This document shows positions 20,040 through 30,356 of a stretch of 64,000 nt of DNA, piece by piece. Made by a program: the position numbers and the translations under genes. The stretch comes from Candidatus Marinacidobacterales bacterium (GTDB taxonomy: Bacteria; Acidobacteriota; Vicinamibacteria; Marinacidobacterales; SMYC01), in contig OZ250169.1 of assembly GCA_965237955.1 (NCBI GenBank), forward strand, positions 3,296,001 to 3,360,000, given 5' to 3'. The stretch's first letter is position 1; each line of letters begins with the position of its first letter. The notes below the pieces were generated by a model. That model searched no databases and had not been told where the DNA came from. It worked only from the letters and a program-made list of their open reading frames with translations.

Positions 20040-20678
20040 TTAGTGCACCGCTACCGAGACAGGCTCCTGCTCTTCGCCGTGGCTTCCCGCGGCATCGCTC
20101 GAAACTCCGAGCTGAGCTTCCTTCTTCTCGCGGAGCTTCTTGACCCGCGCCGTCACTTCGCTCGCATCTCCCGCGGAAGCCTCGATGGCTTTCAGCTCGT
20201 CGAACTCCTCGACGCTCTGGCGGCGAAGGCGCTCTAGCATGGCGTTGAAAACCTCGGGAAAATCGTTGAGGAAATATCCGTTCCGAAACTGGAGCTTGAA
20301 CGCCAAGTCTCCCTGCCCCACACGATCGAGACTCTTCTTGGTGCGGTACAGTGGCCCCGCGATCTGGTTGCTCATGTAGAGCGCGATGATCCCGAGCACG
20401 ATGACCCCGAACACCGAAACGAACAGGATCGAGACCGCGAACAAGTTCGGCAGAGACAGCAGAGGTAGCAAGCCTTCCCGCGGAACGAGATCGTAGAACC
20501 GATTCAGGTGTCCGTCGTAGAGAAGGTAGAGCACCAAAGTGAAGAACACCGTGTTGGCGGCCCAGATGCACAGAAGCGTCCCGATCAGCCTGTACTGGAA
20601 GGGTTTGTCGATGATGTACTGGCGTTTGTAAAACGGCGGGCGGCCGCCGTAACCAGCGGGTCTACTCTCATTGCTCAT
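20040..20678 (-). CDS. Two-TM membrane protein with HAMP-like domain
   Basis: KRQYIIDKPFQ, two hydrophobic helices, SNQIAGPLYR...GDL...FNAML; GGAGG RBS. Confidence 0.75.
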   Translation of the reverse strand: MSNESRPAGYGGRPPFYKRQYIIDKPFQYRLIGTLLCIWAANTVFFTLVLYLLYDGHLNRFYDLVPREGLLPLLSLPNLFAVSILFVSVFGVIVLGIIALYMSNQIAGPLYRTKKSLDRVGQGDLAFKLQFRNGYFLNDFPEVFNAMLERLRRQSVEEFDELKAIEASAGDASEVTARVKKLREKKEAQLGVSSDAAGSHGEEQEPVSVAVH

Positions 20679-20846
20679 TAGATAACCTCCGGCGGGGAGG
20701 GCGCAGTCTCCCCAAGGGTTCAGAAGCGTGCAGTAGTCCGCGGGTCCCGATCGACTAAGGATTAATGATGTAAGGAGTACTCAATTAGAGTACCACGCAG
20801 CTCGACGGGCGGGCAACCGGGGGTCACTGAAATTGACTCGCGGGGG

Positions 20847-21479
20847 TTATCGAGACTGCCCGGCGGGGACGTAGAATCGGGTTCCGCCGGGCATGAGCTG
20901 GATTTCCTGGAGCAGGTCGGTCAGGTCGGCATCCGGGTCCCCGAAATCCACGTCGGCCGAGCTCACCACGAGAAGCGGCGTCTGGGAATAGTGAAAGAAG
21001 AAATAGTCATACGCGTGGACGATCTCGAGCAAATCCTCTTCCGCCATGGCGTCGACCCCGGAGCGCTGCCGCAAGCGTTTCGCGAGCACCTCGGCGGGCA
21101 CCTGTAGATAGACGACGAGCTCGGGCGACGGCACTTCCACGGCGAGCGGCCCGTAGATCTTCTCGTAGAGCATGAGCTCGGTATCATCCAAATGGAGGTA
21201 CGCGTAAACCTTGTCTCGGTTGAGGATGAAGTCGGAAATCTGCGTTTGCGAAAACAGCTCGCGCTGCGCCAATCCGGAGAGCTGGCGGTAGCGGTTCAGC
21301 AAGAAGAAAATCTGCGCCTGGAACGCGGCACCGCCTTTTCCCGCCAGGAAGTCTCTGAGGAAAGGGTTGTTCTTTTCTTCGGGTCGAGCCGCGCCGTCGA
21401 GCCGCGCCGCGAGCCCTTTCGAAAGCTCGGTTTTGCCAACGCCTGGTGGACCCTCGACGGCGATATACCGGAAGGTCAT
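20847..21479 (-). CDS. Deoxynucleoside kinase
   Basis: IAVEGPPGVGKT, NPFL, QIFFLLNRY, VYLQ; ATGA overlap with folK. Confidence 0.88.
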   Translation of the reverse strand: MTFRYIAVEGPPGVGKTELSKGLAARLDGAARPEEKNNPFLRDFLAGKGGAAFQAQIFFLLNRYRQLSGLAQRELFSQTQISDFILNRDKVYAYLHLDDTELMLYEKIYGPLAVEVPSPELVVYLQVPAEVLAKRLRQRSGVDAMAEEDLLEIVHAYDYFFFHYSQTPLLVVSSADVDFGDPDADLTDLLQEIQLMPGGTRFYVPAGQSR

Positions 21480-21973
21480 GGGGCGAACGCGTCCTCGAGC
21501 CGGACGACTTTGCTCTCGTCCGGGCACTCTTGGAGCAGGTCGCGCATCGTCTTCCGCAACCCGGGGTGGATGGCGTCGGGAGCAATTTCCACCATCGGCT
21601 CGAGAACGAAACGGCGTTCATGAAGCCGCGGGTGCGGGATCGTCAGCTCATCGGTCGAAAGGACGGTGTCTCCGAGCAGCAACACGTCGAGATCGAGGAT
21701 GCGCGGCTCGTTACGACAACAGCTGCGCTCGCGTCCGCGGGCCGCTTCCACGTTCACGCAAATCTGGAGAAGCTCGTCGGGTCGTCCCCCGAAGCGGATC
21801 TCGGCGACCGCATTGACGAACCAAGCTTGGTTCGGCGCGTCGACCGGCTCCGTTTGGTAGAGACTCGAGCGCGAACGCAGCTCGACGCCCCGGGATTCCA
21901 ATTCCGAGACGGCCCCGCGTAGCTCGGCGATGGGATCGCCGAGGTTCGACCCCAGTCCGATGTAGCCGTCCAC
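21476..21973 (-). CDS. folK: 2-amino-4-hydroxy-6-hydroxymethyldihydropteridine diphosphokinase
   Basis: YIGLGSNLG, PRILDLDVL, IPHPRLHERRFVL. Confidence 0.95.
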   Translation of the reverse strand: MDGYIGLGSNLGDPIAELRGAVSELESRGVELRSRSSLYQTEPVDAPNQAWFVNAVAEIRFGGRPDELLQICVNVEAARGRERSCCRNEPRILDLDVLLLGDTVLSTDELTIPHPRLHERRFVLEPMVEIAPDAIHPGLRKTMRDLLQECPDESKVVRLEDAFAP

Positions 21974-22053
21974 AGCCGGAATTATACGTTAATCGCAGCA
22001 ACTGTCGGCGGGGGGGGCGGTGTGCTAACATTCCGCGCAACCTGGGGTGACGT

Positions 22054-23853
22054 ATGGAGTTCGCGACTCTCAACCAACTTCTCGCGCAAGCGGTCAAGAC
22101 CCACCAAAAACCGGATGCGCTCTCTTACAAAAAAGACGGCACCTGGCACCGAATCTCCTCTGAAGAGTGGCTTGCGCGTGCGCGGAACATCGCTCTGGGA
22201 CTCCACGGGCTGGGCGTGCGCGCCGGCGACCGCGTGGCGCTCCTCTCTGAAAACCGTCCGGAATGGTTTCTTGTCGACTCGGGCATGCAGATCCTCGGTG
22301 CGGTGAACGTACCGCTTTACTCCACGCTGATGCCCGGGCAAATCGCCTACGTCGTCAACGATTCGGGCGCGAAAGTCCTGATCGCCTCCGACGGGAGCCA
22401 GCAGAAGAAGATCGCCGAGATCAAGAAAGAGCTCCGCGCGGTGGAGCACTTCGTGGTCCTCGACGCGAGTGCGGAGCTCGACGCCATCTCACTTTCGTCG
22501 ATCGAAGAAAAAGGCAAAGCAGCCGGCGAGAAGGATCCCGAGCTCGCGCAAAAATTGGCCGACGCCGTCTCTCCCGAAGATTTGGCGAGCATCGTGTACA
22601 CGTCGGGAACGACCGGCGACCCCAAGGGAGTCATGCTCACGCACGACAACCTGGTGTCCAACGTTCACGCAGGCCTCAAAGTTCTGCCGGTCAACAAAGA
22701 CGACATCGCGCTATCGGCGCTTCCCTACAGCCACGTGTTCGAACGGATGGTGGCGATTTACCTCTATCCTGCGGCTGGTGCCAGCATCGCCATTGCGGGA
22801 AGCATCGAGGAAGTGCCTCAAAATCTCGGCGAGATCCGGCCGACGATCATGACCATGGTGCCGCGCTTCTACGAAAAACTCTACGCGCGCGTGAAAGGAT
22901 CCGTCGATCAAGGGAGCGCAGGCAAGAAGAAGATCTTCGAGTGGGCGATTGGAGTCGGCGGGGAGCATGGCGAGTACCGACTGAAAGGCACCTCGGCTCC
23001 CTTCATGCTCGAGCTCAAGTACAAAATCGCGAACGCTCTGGTGTTCGGAAAGCTCAAAGCGCGTATCGGCGGCCGGCTTCGTTTCTTCGTTTCCGGTGCG
23101 GCGCCGCTCGCCAAGGAGATCGCGGATTTCTTCTGGGCCGCGGGTATTACCATCCTCGAAGGCTACGGGCTGACCGAGACGTCACCCTTGATCTCGGTGA
23201 ACCGCCCCGGGGCGATCAAGTTCGGCACCGTGGGACAGATCGCCCCCGGAGTCGAAGTCAAAATCGCGGACGACGGCGAGATCTGCGCACGTGGACCCAA
23301 CGTGATGAAGGGCTATTACAAGAACGACGCTGCGACCCGCGAGGTCATCGACAGCGACGGTTTCTTCCACACTGGCGACATCGGCGAGCTCGACGGTGAC
23401 GGTTTTCTGAAAATCACCGATCGCAAGAAGGACATCATCGTGACCGCGGGCGGGAAGAACATCGCACCACAGCCCATCGAAGGCCGGATGAAAACCAACG
23501 CGTACATCGCCGAGATCGTCGTCGTCGGCAACAAGCGCAAGTTCCCTGCGGCTCTCGTGGTTCCCGACTTCGACAAACTGATGGTCTGGTGTCGCGCGGA
23601 GTCGATCCCGGCAGACAGCCGCGAGGTCGTGGCATCTCACCCCAAAGTGATGGAGTTCATTCTCGCGCAGATTGAGGATTTGAGCGGCGGCTTCGCCAAG
23701 TACGAGCGGGTCAAGAAAATCACGATTCTCGCAAAGGAGTTCACGATCGAGAACGGGGAGCTGACACCGACGATGAAGGTCAAGCGCAAAGTGATCGAGT
23801 CGAGCTACAAGCACTTGATCGACGAGATGTATCAAGAGTCCGCCAGCGCATGA
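22054..23853 (+). CDS. Long-chain fatty acid--CoA ligase
   Basis: YTSGTTGDPKG, EGYGLTET, FHTGDIG, ITDRKKD, LTPTMKVKR. Confidence 0.92.
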   Translation: MEFATLNQLLAQAVKTHQKPDALSYKKDGTWHRISSEEWLARARNIALGLHGLGVRAGDRVALLSENRPEWFLVDSGMQILGAVNVPLYSTLMPGQIAYVVNDSGAKVLIASDGSQQKKIAEIKKELRAVEHFVVLDASAELDAISLSSIEEKGKAAGEKDPELAQKLADAVSPEDLASIVYTSGTTGDPKGVMLTHDNLVSNVHAGLKVLPVNKDDIALSALPYSHVFERMVAIYLYPAAGASIAIAGSIEEVPQNLGEIRPTIMTMVPRFYEKLYARVKGSVDQGSAGKKKIFEWAIGVGGEHGEYRLKGTSAPFMLELKYKIANALVFGKLKARIGGRLRFFVSGAAPLAKEIADFFWAAGITILEGYGLTETSPLISVNRPGAIKFGTVGQIAPGVEVKIADDGEICARGPNVMKGYYKNDAATREVIDSDGFFHTGDIGELDGDGFLKITDRKKDIIVTAGGKNIAPQPIEGRMKTNAYIAEIVVVGNKRKFPAALVVPDFDKLMVWCRAESIPADSREVVASHPKVMEFILAQIEDLSGGFAKYERVKKITILAKEFTIENGELTPTMKVKRKVIESSYKHLIDEMYQESASA

Positions 23854-23869
23854 GCGAGCCAGCCACCGC

Positions 23870-25336
23870 ATGAGCGAGTATGACACCGTTATCGGGCTCG
23901 AATGCCACGCGCAGCTTTTGACGACGACGAAGCTTTTTTGCGGATGCCGCGCGAGCTTCGGGGCGCCACCGAACACCAACATTTGTCCCGTTTGCATCGG
24001 CCTACCGGGAGCACTGCCGGTCCTGAATCGTCACGCCGTCGAGCTCGCAACCCGAGCTGCGCTCGCCTGTGGCTGCCGTATCAACGAGACGTCGGTCTTC
24101 GCCCGCAAGAACTATTTCTACCCCGACCTTCCCAAGGGCTATCAGATCTCCCAATACGATCGCCCTCTCGCCGAAGGCGGGTCGATTGCGCTGGACGAGA
24201 ACAACAAAACCATCCGCATCGAACGCGTCCACATAGAGGAAGACGCCGGCAAGCTCCTCCACGAAGGCTTTGCGGATGCCGCGTCGAAAAGCGGCGTGGA
24301 TTTCAATCGAAGCGGCGTCCCTCTCATCGAGATCGTCAGCGAGCCCGACATGTCGAGCCCGGACGAGGCCACGCGCTACGCTGAATCTCTCAAAGAGATT
24401 GTCGAGTACACCGAGGCCTCGGACGCCGACATGGAAAAGGGAAATTTCCGCTTCGACGGCAATGTGTCGGTGAGGCCGCAAGGCACGAGCGAGCTCGGCA
24501 CCAAAGTCGAGTTGAAAAACCTCAACTCGTTTCGATTTCTTGCGCAAGCGCTCGCGTTCGAGGTCGACCGCCAAATCGAGCTCATCGAATCCGGCGGTCG
24601 GGTAGTTCAAGAGACCCGGCTCTACGATCCGGACGCTGGCAAGACCGTTTCGATGCGCAGCAAAGAAGAGGCGCACGACTATCGCTACTTTCCCGAGCCT
24701 GACTTGCCGCCTGTGAAGCTGGCCGCAGCGTGGATCGAAGAGACTCGCGAGAACCTTCCCGAGCTTCCCGCTGCAAGGCGTGAGCGCCTCGTCTCCGCCT
24801 ACGGCCTTCCGCGCTACGATGCCGGTGTTCTCACGAGCTCGCGTGAGCTCGCCGATTACTTCGAGACCGCGGCCGAGAGCTCGGGAAACCCCAAGGCCGC
24901 GAGCAATTGGGTCATGTCGGAGGTTTTGCGCAAAGTGCGCAAAGTGCGCAAAGTGCCCAAAGTGAAAAACACCGGCGCTGCGCTCGCTGAGCTTCCGGTG
25001 GCGCCCCGAGCGTTGGGAGAGCTCATCAAGCTCATCGACGACGGCGCCATCAGCAACACGATCGCAAAAGACGTCTTCGAGAAGATGTTCTCGAGCGGGG
25101 ATGCCCCCGGTGCCATCGTCGAGCGAGAAGGATTGACGCAGATCTCCGATACGTCGGCGATCGAAGACCTCGTCCGTGGCGTCATCGACGAAAACCCCGA
25201 CCAGGTCACCGAGCTCCGGGCCGGCAAGGATAAAGTGCTGGGCTGGATGGTGGGACAAATCATGAAGGCCTCGCGTGGTCAGGCCAATCCGAAGCTCGCG
25301 CGCGAAACGCTAGTGCGACTTCTCGAAGAATCTTGA
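23870..25336 (+). CDS. gatB: Asp/Glu-tRNA amidotransferase subunit B
   Basis: IGLECHAQL, RKNYFYPDLPKGYQISQ, KEEAHDYRYFPEPDL. Confidence 0.96.
   Translation: MSEYDTVIGLECHAQLLTTTKLFCGCRASFGAPPNTNICPVCIGLPGALPVLNRHAVELATRAALACGCRINETSVFARKNYFYPDLPKGYQISQYDRPLAEGGSIALDENNKTIRIERVHIEEDAGKLLHEGFADAASKSGVDFNRSGVPLIEIVSEPDMSSPDEATRYAESLKEIVEYTEASDADMEKGNFRFDGNVSVRPQGTSELGTKVELKNLNSFRFLAQALAFEVDRQIELIESGGRVVQETRLYDPDAGKTVSMRSKEEAHDYRYFPEPDLPPVKLAAAWIEETRENLPELPAARRERLVSAYGLPRYDAGVLTSSRELADYFETAAESSGNPKAASNWVMSEVLRKVRKVRKVPKVKNTGAALAELPVAPRALGELIKLIDDGAISNTIAKDVFEKMFSSGDAPGAIVEREGLTQISDTSAIEDLVRGVIDENPDQVTELRAGKDKVLGWMVGQIMKASRGQANPKLARETLVRLLEES
24927..24964 (+). repeat. In-frame 9-bp tandem repeat inside gatB
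   Basis: (TGCGCAAAG)3 TGCCCAAAG encoding RKVRKVRKVPKV. Confidence 0.9.
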
Positions 25337-25989
25337 TCCAAACGTTTCACGTCTACAAGCAGTACGGGCGCGACAACGCCGCGCTTTCCGACGTGACCCT
25401 CGAGATCGACAAGGGCGAGTTCGTTTTTCTCACCGGACCGAGCGGCGCGGGAAAAACGACCTTCTTGAAGCTCATCTTCCGTGAAGAGACGCCGTCACAG
25501 GGTCAGATCCTCGTGAACGGAAGAAACGTCTCCGCGATACCGGAAGCGAAGATACCGTTTCTGCGGCGCGATATCGGTGTCGTCTTCCAAGACTTCAAGC
25601 TGCTACGGCGAAAGACGGTGTTCGAGAACGTCGCGTTCGTGTTGCGCGTCATGGGAATCGCGAAGCCGGAGCGCAAGCGCCGCGCGTTCCAAATTCTGAA
25701 GCAGGTCGGACTCCATCACAAGATGAACAGCTACCCGTTGCAGCTCTCCGGCGGAGAGCAGCAGCGTGTCGCGATCGCGCGGGCGCTCATCAACGAGCCG
25801 GTGCTCCTACTCGCGGACGAGCCGACCGGGAACCTCGACCCCGAGCTTGCGTTCGAAATCATGTCGTTGTTTCAGGAGATCAATGCGCGGGGCACGACGG
25901 TGCTCGTGGCGACGCATGATCGAGACATGATCACGCGGCTCGGGAAGCGGGTGATTAATTTGGAGAAGGGGCGGGTGGCAGAATCGTGA
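25333..25989 (+). CDS. ftsE: Cell division ATP-binding protein FtsE
   Basis: [46 protein letters not shown]. Confidence 0.92.
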   Translation: MIQTFHVYKQYGRDNAALSDVTLEIDKGEFVFLTGPSGAGKTTFLKLIFREETPSQGQILVNGRNVSAIPEAKIPFLRRDIGVVFQDFKLLRRKTVFENVAFVLRVMGIAKPERKRRAFQILKQVGLHHKMNSYPLQLSGGEQQRVAIARALINEPVLLLADEPTGNLDPELAFEIMSLFQEINARGTTVLVATHDRDMITRLGKRVINLEKGRVAES

Positions 25990-26046
25990 CGGCCATCGGC
26001 CATCAGCCATCAGCGGGTTCGCGTCGACGAGCTTTGGGTCAACGTT

Positions 26047-26211
26047 TTGCCGGTACTCATAGGTTTGGCTGGGGGAACCAGCTCCGGGAAGACGAGTTTT
26101 GCTCGAGCCATCGTCGAACGCATCGGAGCCGACAAGGCGGTGCTTCTTTCACAGGACGCTTACTACGTCGATCTGTCGCATTTGCCATTCGAAGCGCGTA
26201 GCGTCGCCTAA
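26047..26211 (+). pseudogene. udk: Uridine kinase N-terminal remnant
   Basis: 54 codons [54 protein letters not shown], matching the Udk P-loop and QDxYY motifs. Confidence 0.8.
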
Positions 26212-26272
26212 CTCTCGTTCGACTCGATGGACTTTGCGCCTTCGCGTCTCGGCGCCTTTGCGTTGAAAAGGT

Positions 26273-27181
26273 TTAGACGGCGCTGGCGAGGAACTTCCGG
26301 ACGGAAAGCACGCTACCGACGAGGCCGACGAACATCCCGCCAAAAACGATCGCCACCCACGCCGACGGGGGGACGAAACGCAACCAATCCGACGTCGGCA
26401 AAAGCTCGAAAGAACGTAGCGCTTCACGCAACAGATACTGGTGTGCGACGTACAAAAGCCCGAGCGCAAGAGCGCCCCCGAAACCACCTTGGAGAATTCC
26501 TTCCACCAAGAAAGGACCTCGAATGTACGCGTGGGTTGCGCCGACGAGGCGCATGATGCCGATCTCGTCTTGACGACCATAAACGGTGAGCTTGATGACA
26601 TTGAAGATGGTAAACATCGAAGCGACGACGAGGGCGCCTCCGATGGTGAGCCCGATGATGCGAACGAGCTCGATGATTCCGGTGAGCCGTTCGATCCACA
26701 GGAGGTCGTAATCCACTTCGGACACCGCGCCGAGCGTTCCCAGACGACGGGCGAAGGTGCGCACCCTGTCGGGAGCTCGGTAGTCGGCCGCGACCTGTAC
26801 CTCGTAGGAGGCGGGAAGCGGGTTCGATTCGAGCACATCCGGCAACGTGTCGAGCTCCGGAAAGTAGGACTGGAATCGCGCGATCGCCTCGTCTTTCGAG
26901 ACGAAGTCGAACGACTCGATTTCCGCGCCCTGAGACAAGACGCGCTCGACCTCCTCTCGGTCCGCCTCGCTCGCGTCTTCTACGAGATACAGGGTGATCT
27001 GCACCCGGCTCGCCCAGCCTTCCATGAGCTCGTTCAGGCTCATGGAAACCGTGAGAAACACACCGAGGATGAAGAGCGACACCGCAATCGTGGCAATCGA
27101 GACGAGGTTCACGAGTCGATTGCGCCAAAGCTCGACGAAGGCTTCTTCGATGCAGTAGCCGAAAGCCCGGAGTAATCGCAT
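26273..27181 (-). CDS. ftsX: Cell division permease FtsX
   Basis: N-terminal TM, FVSKDEA, NPLPAS, EIGIMRLVGAT..IRGPFLVEG. Confidence 0.9.
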   Translation of the reverse strand: MRLLRAFGYCIEEAFVELWRNRLVNLVSIATIAVSLFILGVFLTVSMSLNELMEGWASRVQITLYLVEDASEADREEVERVLSQGAEIESFDFVSKDEAIARFQSYFPELDTLPDVLESNPLPASYEVQVAADYRAPDRVRTFARRLGTLGAVSEVDYDLLWIERLTGIIELVRIIGLTIGGALVVASMFTIFNVIKLTVYGRQDEIGIMRLVGATHAYIRGPFLVEGILQGGFGGALALGLLYVAHQYLLREALRSFELLPTSDWLRFVPPSAWVAIVFGGMFVGLVGSVLSVRKFLASAV

Positions 27182-27244
27182 GCTCGGGGCCCTATTTCAT
27201 ATCTTTATATTAGTGGTGGGACGAGCTCGCGGGTGATGGAAGCC

Positions 27245-28006
27245 TCAGAACGTGTAGGTCTTACCCTGCTCGATGAGCTCGACACCCGGGAGATTGAGCT
27301 TTTTCAGCTCCGCATCGATTCGCGGCAGGTGCCCGGGCTTCGTGTGGGTGATGAGAACGCGCACCTGTTTCGTCAGCTTCTTCAACTCCGAAGCCAGGAT
27401 GTCCGGCGTCATGTGGCCGCTCGCGTGGGCGAGCGTTCCGTCATCGTTCGAGAACGAGACTTCGGTGATGACCGCTTTCAGGTTGTCTTGCGAAGACGCC
27501 ACTTCCCAAACGCGATCGGTGGGGCCGGTGTCACTCGTGTACACGATGGCGCTGTCGCCGTCCTCGACGATGAAGCCGACGGTGGGAATGAGATGCTCGA
27601 CTTCGACCGGGGTGAAGGTGAGCTTGCCGATGGTGAAGGGCTTCTCGATTTCGATCTCCTGGAACCGAAGCGTCGGCGCATCCTGTGAAGGTAGCTTCGT
27701 AAAGTCGGGCCACAGCTCGTCGTTGAACATGTGACGCTTCAAGCTATCGACGACTGCTTTCGTGCCGTAGACGAAGACGGGCTCATCCACTCGACCGTAT
27801 ATATTGTCGACGAAGAACGGGAGGCCGCAGTTGTGGTCGAGGTGGGTGTGGGTCACGATGATGTGGCCAACTCCGAGCTGCTCGTCGAGCGTGAGTGGAC
27901 CCGTGAGGCCGCCGGCGTCGAGCGCGATATGGTCGTTCAGGAGATAGCACGACAGGAAGCGATCCTTGACGCTTCCCCCAGAACAGCCCAGGACGCGAAG
28001 TTTCAT
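27245..28006 (-). CDS. Metallo-beta-lactamase fold hydrolase, class II cyclic nucleotide phosphodiesterase-like
   Basis: LGCSGG, THTHLDH, FNDELWPDF, SDTGPT, GHMTP. Confidence 0.85.
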   Translation of the reverse strand: MKLRVLGCSGGSVKDRFLSCYLLNDHIALDAGGLTGPLTLDEQLGVGHIIVTHTHLDHNCGLPFFVDNIYGRVDEPVFVYGTKAVVDSLKRHMFNDELWPDFTKLPSQDAPTLRFQEIEIEKPFTIGKLTFTPVEVEHLIPTVGFIVEDGDSAIVYTSDTGPTDRVWEVASSQDNLKAVITEVSFSNDDGTLAHASGHMTPDILASELKKLTKQVRVLITHTKPGHLPRIDAELKKLNLPGVELIEQGKTYTF

Positions 28007-28201
28007 GACAGTTGGCTGGATTAGCCTCGAGCTCGCCGCGACGTCACGTCGCTTGGAGCATTGGTGTGCATTCGGAAAGTCCGTTCAGTTGTGAGCCTTC
28101 TCGGCCTTCTTGGATTGAGCAACTCTGGATCTTGAATATATCTGGTAAAAGTAAGGGATGTCAACGCTTCTGCGCCCGATGACGGTCCGCCGAGCCGCGT
28201 A

Positions 28202-29326
28202 GTGAGCCTCTTCATCGTCATTCTGGGTGTCATCAACGCCTTGCTCGCGTTGACGTCCCTGATGACTCGACGCCATTCACCGAGCGACGAACCACTGTCG
28301 AGCGAAGACGAAACGCCTTCGGTCACGCTTTTCGTCCCCTGTTGCGGCGCCGAAGACGGGCTCGCCGCAAACTTGAAAGCGCTGAGCTCGCAGGACTACC
28401 CCGGGCTCAGGATCTGCCACGTGGTCGAAAGCCGCGACGACGGCGCGGTGCCGATCATCGAGGGACAAGAGAAACGGCGCGGCGAGGTCGTCGTTGCCGG
28501 TGCTGCCGAGGGGCGCGGCCAGAAAGTGCACAATTTGCTCGTTGCGCTCGATGGTGCGGAGCCGACCGAGGTGTGGGTTTTCGCCGATTCGGACGGACGG
28601 CCCGACCCACAGTGGCTTTGGCGTCTCGTCGCGGCGCTCGCGCAACCGGACGTCGGTGTCGCGTCGACGTACCGGTTCTATGTTCCCGAGCCCGCGAGCT
28701 TCGCGACGCTGCTCCGCTCGGTTTGGAACGCATCGGTTCTATCTCTTCTCGGCGAGCACGACAGGAACTTTGCGTGGGGCGGCGGCATGGCGATCCGTCG
28801 CGACGTGTTCGATCGCGCCGGTGTCCGAGACGCGTGGAGCGGCGCCCTGTCCGACGACTATGCGCTCACCCACGCCGTGAGGCGCTCCGGGCGGAAGGTG
28901 ACGTTCGTCCCGAACTGCCTCGTACCGTCCTATGGGAGCGTCGGCATCGGAGAGCTTTTGTCGTGGGTCACCCGTCAAATCAAGATCACACGAGTCTACT
29001 GGCCCGCGTTGGTCTGGGCGGGGGCGGCGCATCATGGGGTCTACACGGCCTTTCTCGTGCTCGGGCCTTGGGCGGGCGGTCAGGCAGCGCTCGTCTTGTG
29101 GGTGGCGGTGCTGTTCATGGGAGCGTGGAACGGTGCCGCGCGTGCGCGCCGTTTTCCGTGGGTCAGAAAGTACGCGTGGGCTTACGCGACGATGTTTCCC
29201 TTGGCGAGCTTTCTGACCGTCCAGGCAGTCTTGCGAGCTTTGGTGTCACGCCGCATCGAGTGGGGAGGGCGCGTCTACGAGATGCGCTCGCCAACCGAGA
29301 CCGTCATCGTCCGCCAATCACGCTGA
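28202..29326 (+). CDS. GT2 glycosyltransferase, ceramide glucosyltransferase/HpnI-like
   Basis: QDYP, QKVHNL, FADSD, AWGGGMA, SDDY, RQ motif, C-terminal TMs, WGGRVY. Confidence 0.82.
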   Translation: MSLFIVILGVINALLALTSLMTRRHSPSDEPLSSEDETPSVTLFVPCCGAEDGLAANLKALSSQDYPGLRICHVVESRDDGAVPIIEGQEKRRGEVVVAGAAEGRGQKVHNLLVALDGAEPTEVWVFADSDGRPDPQWLWRLVAALAQPDVGVASTYRFYVPEPASFATLLRSVWNASVLSLLGEHDRNFAWGGGMAIRRDVFDRAGVRDAWSGALSDDYALTHAVRRSGRKVTFVPNCLVPSYGSVGIGELLSWVTRQIKITRVYWPALVWAGAAHHGVYTAFLVLGPWAGGQAALVLWVAVLFMGAWNGAARARRFPWVRKYAWAYATMFPLASFLTVQAVLRALVSRRIEWGGRVYEMRSPTETVIVRQSR

Positions 29327-29948
29327 GACCGCGAGCATGACGGGTCGGGTGCGCCGGTGACCGCATCCCCGCAATGAGCTGGAACAACGGCTGCAGGAAG
29401 GGCACGCGCAAGCTCCAGCCGATGAACGCCCATCCGAGATGGACGTGCTCCAGAGCACGAGCGAGTGCGGCAATGCCTTTATCCTTTGAGCCACCATCTC
29501 GGGGATCGTAAGTAAGGCGCGTCAAGGGTTGTCCGGCAGGAACGAGCTCGAGGTGCGACGCGGTCGCGAACCAGCGAGCGAGCTGGCGGCACTGATTGCA
29601 ATCGCCATCGAAATAGAGGATGGCCGGCGGGTGAGTGGGGCTTCGCCACGGGCGCCACCTTGGCAGCCACCGCCGAACGTTGTTGCGGTAGTCGATCCAA
29701 ACGCTGCCGAAGCGCTCGCTCAGATGGCGATTCTCCTTCCAAGGCACTAGAGTAACGCCGTAGACGAAGACGGCGGCCGACGCGGCGACGACCCAACCGC
29801 TCTGCAAGAAAACGCCCCACACCAGCAAGAGAAGAACTTTTGCGATCTGGAACGGGTTCGCGACGTAGGCGTAGGGTCCGGTGGTGACCATTGTGAGCGG
29901 CGAATCGTGGGGCATGGGTGTCCCCCGCCCGCGATCTCTGAACTCGAG
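29304..29948 (-). pseudogene. 3' half of a membrane methyltransferase (PEMT/ICMT-like) + DCC1-like fusion gene, separated from its 5' half by an inversion
   Basis: LEFRDRGRGTPMP, TTGPYAYVANP, VRRWLPRW, YFDGDCNQC. Confidence 0.75.
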
Positions 29949-30356
29949 CCTCTCGCCACGCCCGTGTCATTCGACGAGCCGCTTCCGCACTTTCTTCGCC
30001 TGGGGTTTCCGACGCCGCAGTGGATCCGCGGCAGTGGGCTCGAGCTCGGCGACCGCCGTGTGATCCGTTTCGCCGGCGGCGAAGGTGAGCCAGGCAATCT
30101 TACGCTCGAAGTGGTGGAGCGTACCGAGACGATGGTTCACTTCCGTTGCATCGAAGACGAAACCAAGATAGCCCATTGGCTGGATTGGAAAGAGTCCATC
30201 GTCAAGTTCACGCCGGAAGCCGGCGGCACGCGGGTGAGGTGGACTCTCGACTACGATCGGCGACTCGATCCGGCGTGGTATTTCGCTCCCATGGAACGCT
30301 ACGCGGTTAGACTCCCAGCTGAAGCCCTCATCGATAACCTGGCCGAGCCGCGGTGA
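29949..30356 (+). pseudogene. 3' half (SRPBCC-like) of the membrane gene at 30884-31385, inverted
   Basis: LATPVSFDEPLP..GFPTP..YDRRLDPAWYF with no own start; joins in frame to ..PADIE on the minus strand. Confidence 0.7.

Noticed and set aside
19132-20043. 303-aa plus-strand ORF as an ISL3 passenger gene
   Set aside because: It crosses the IS boundary and is antisense to the kinase 5' half.
20679-20846. Possible riboswitch upstream of the HAMP membrane gene
   Set aside because: Only a small hairpin overlapping the RBS (CCTCC..GGAGG); no aptamer consensus recognised.
811-25258. Long antisense or shifted ORFs such as 811..1896, 4391..5521, 12259..13257, 22263..23399, 24002..25258
   Set aside because: They shadow well-supported genes in high-GC DNA and have no recognisable motifs.
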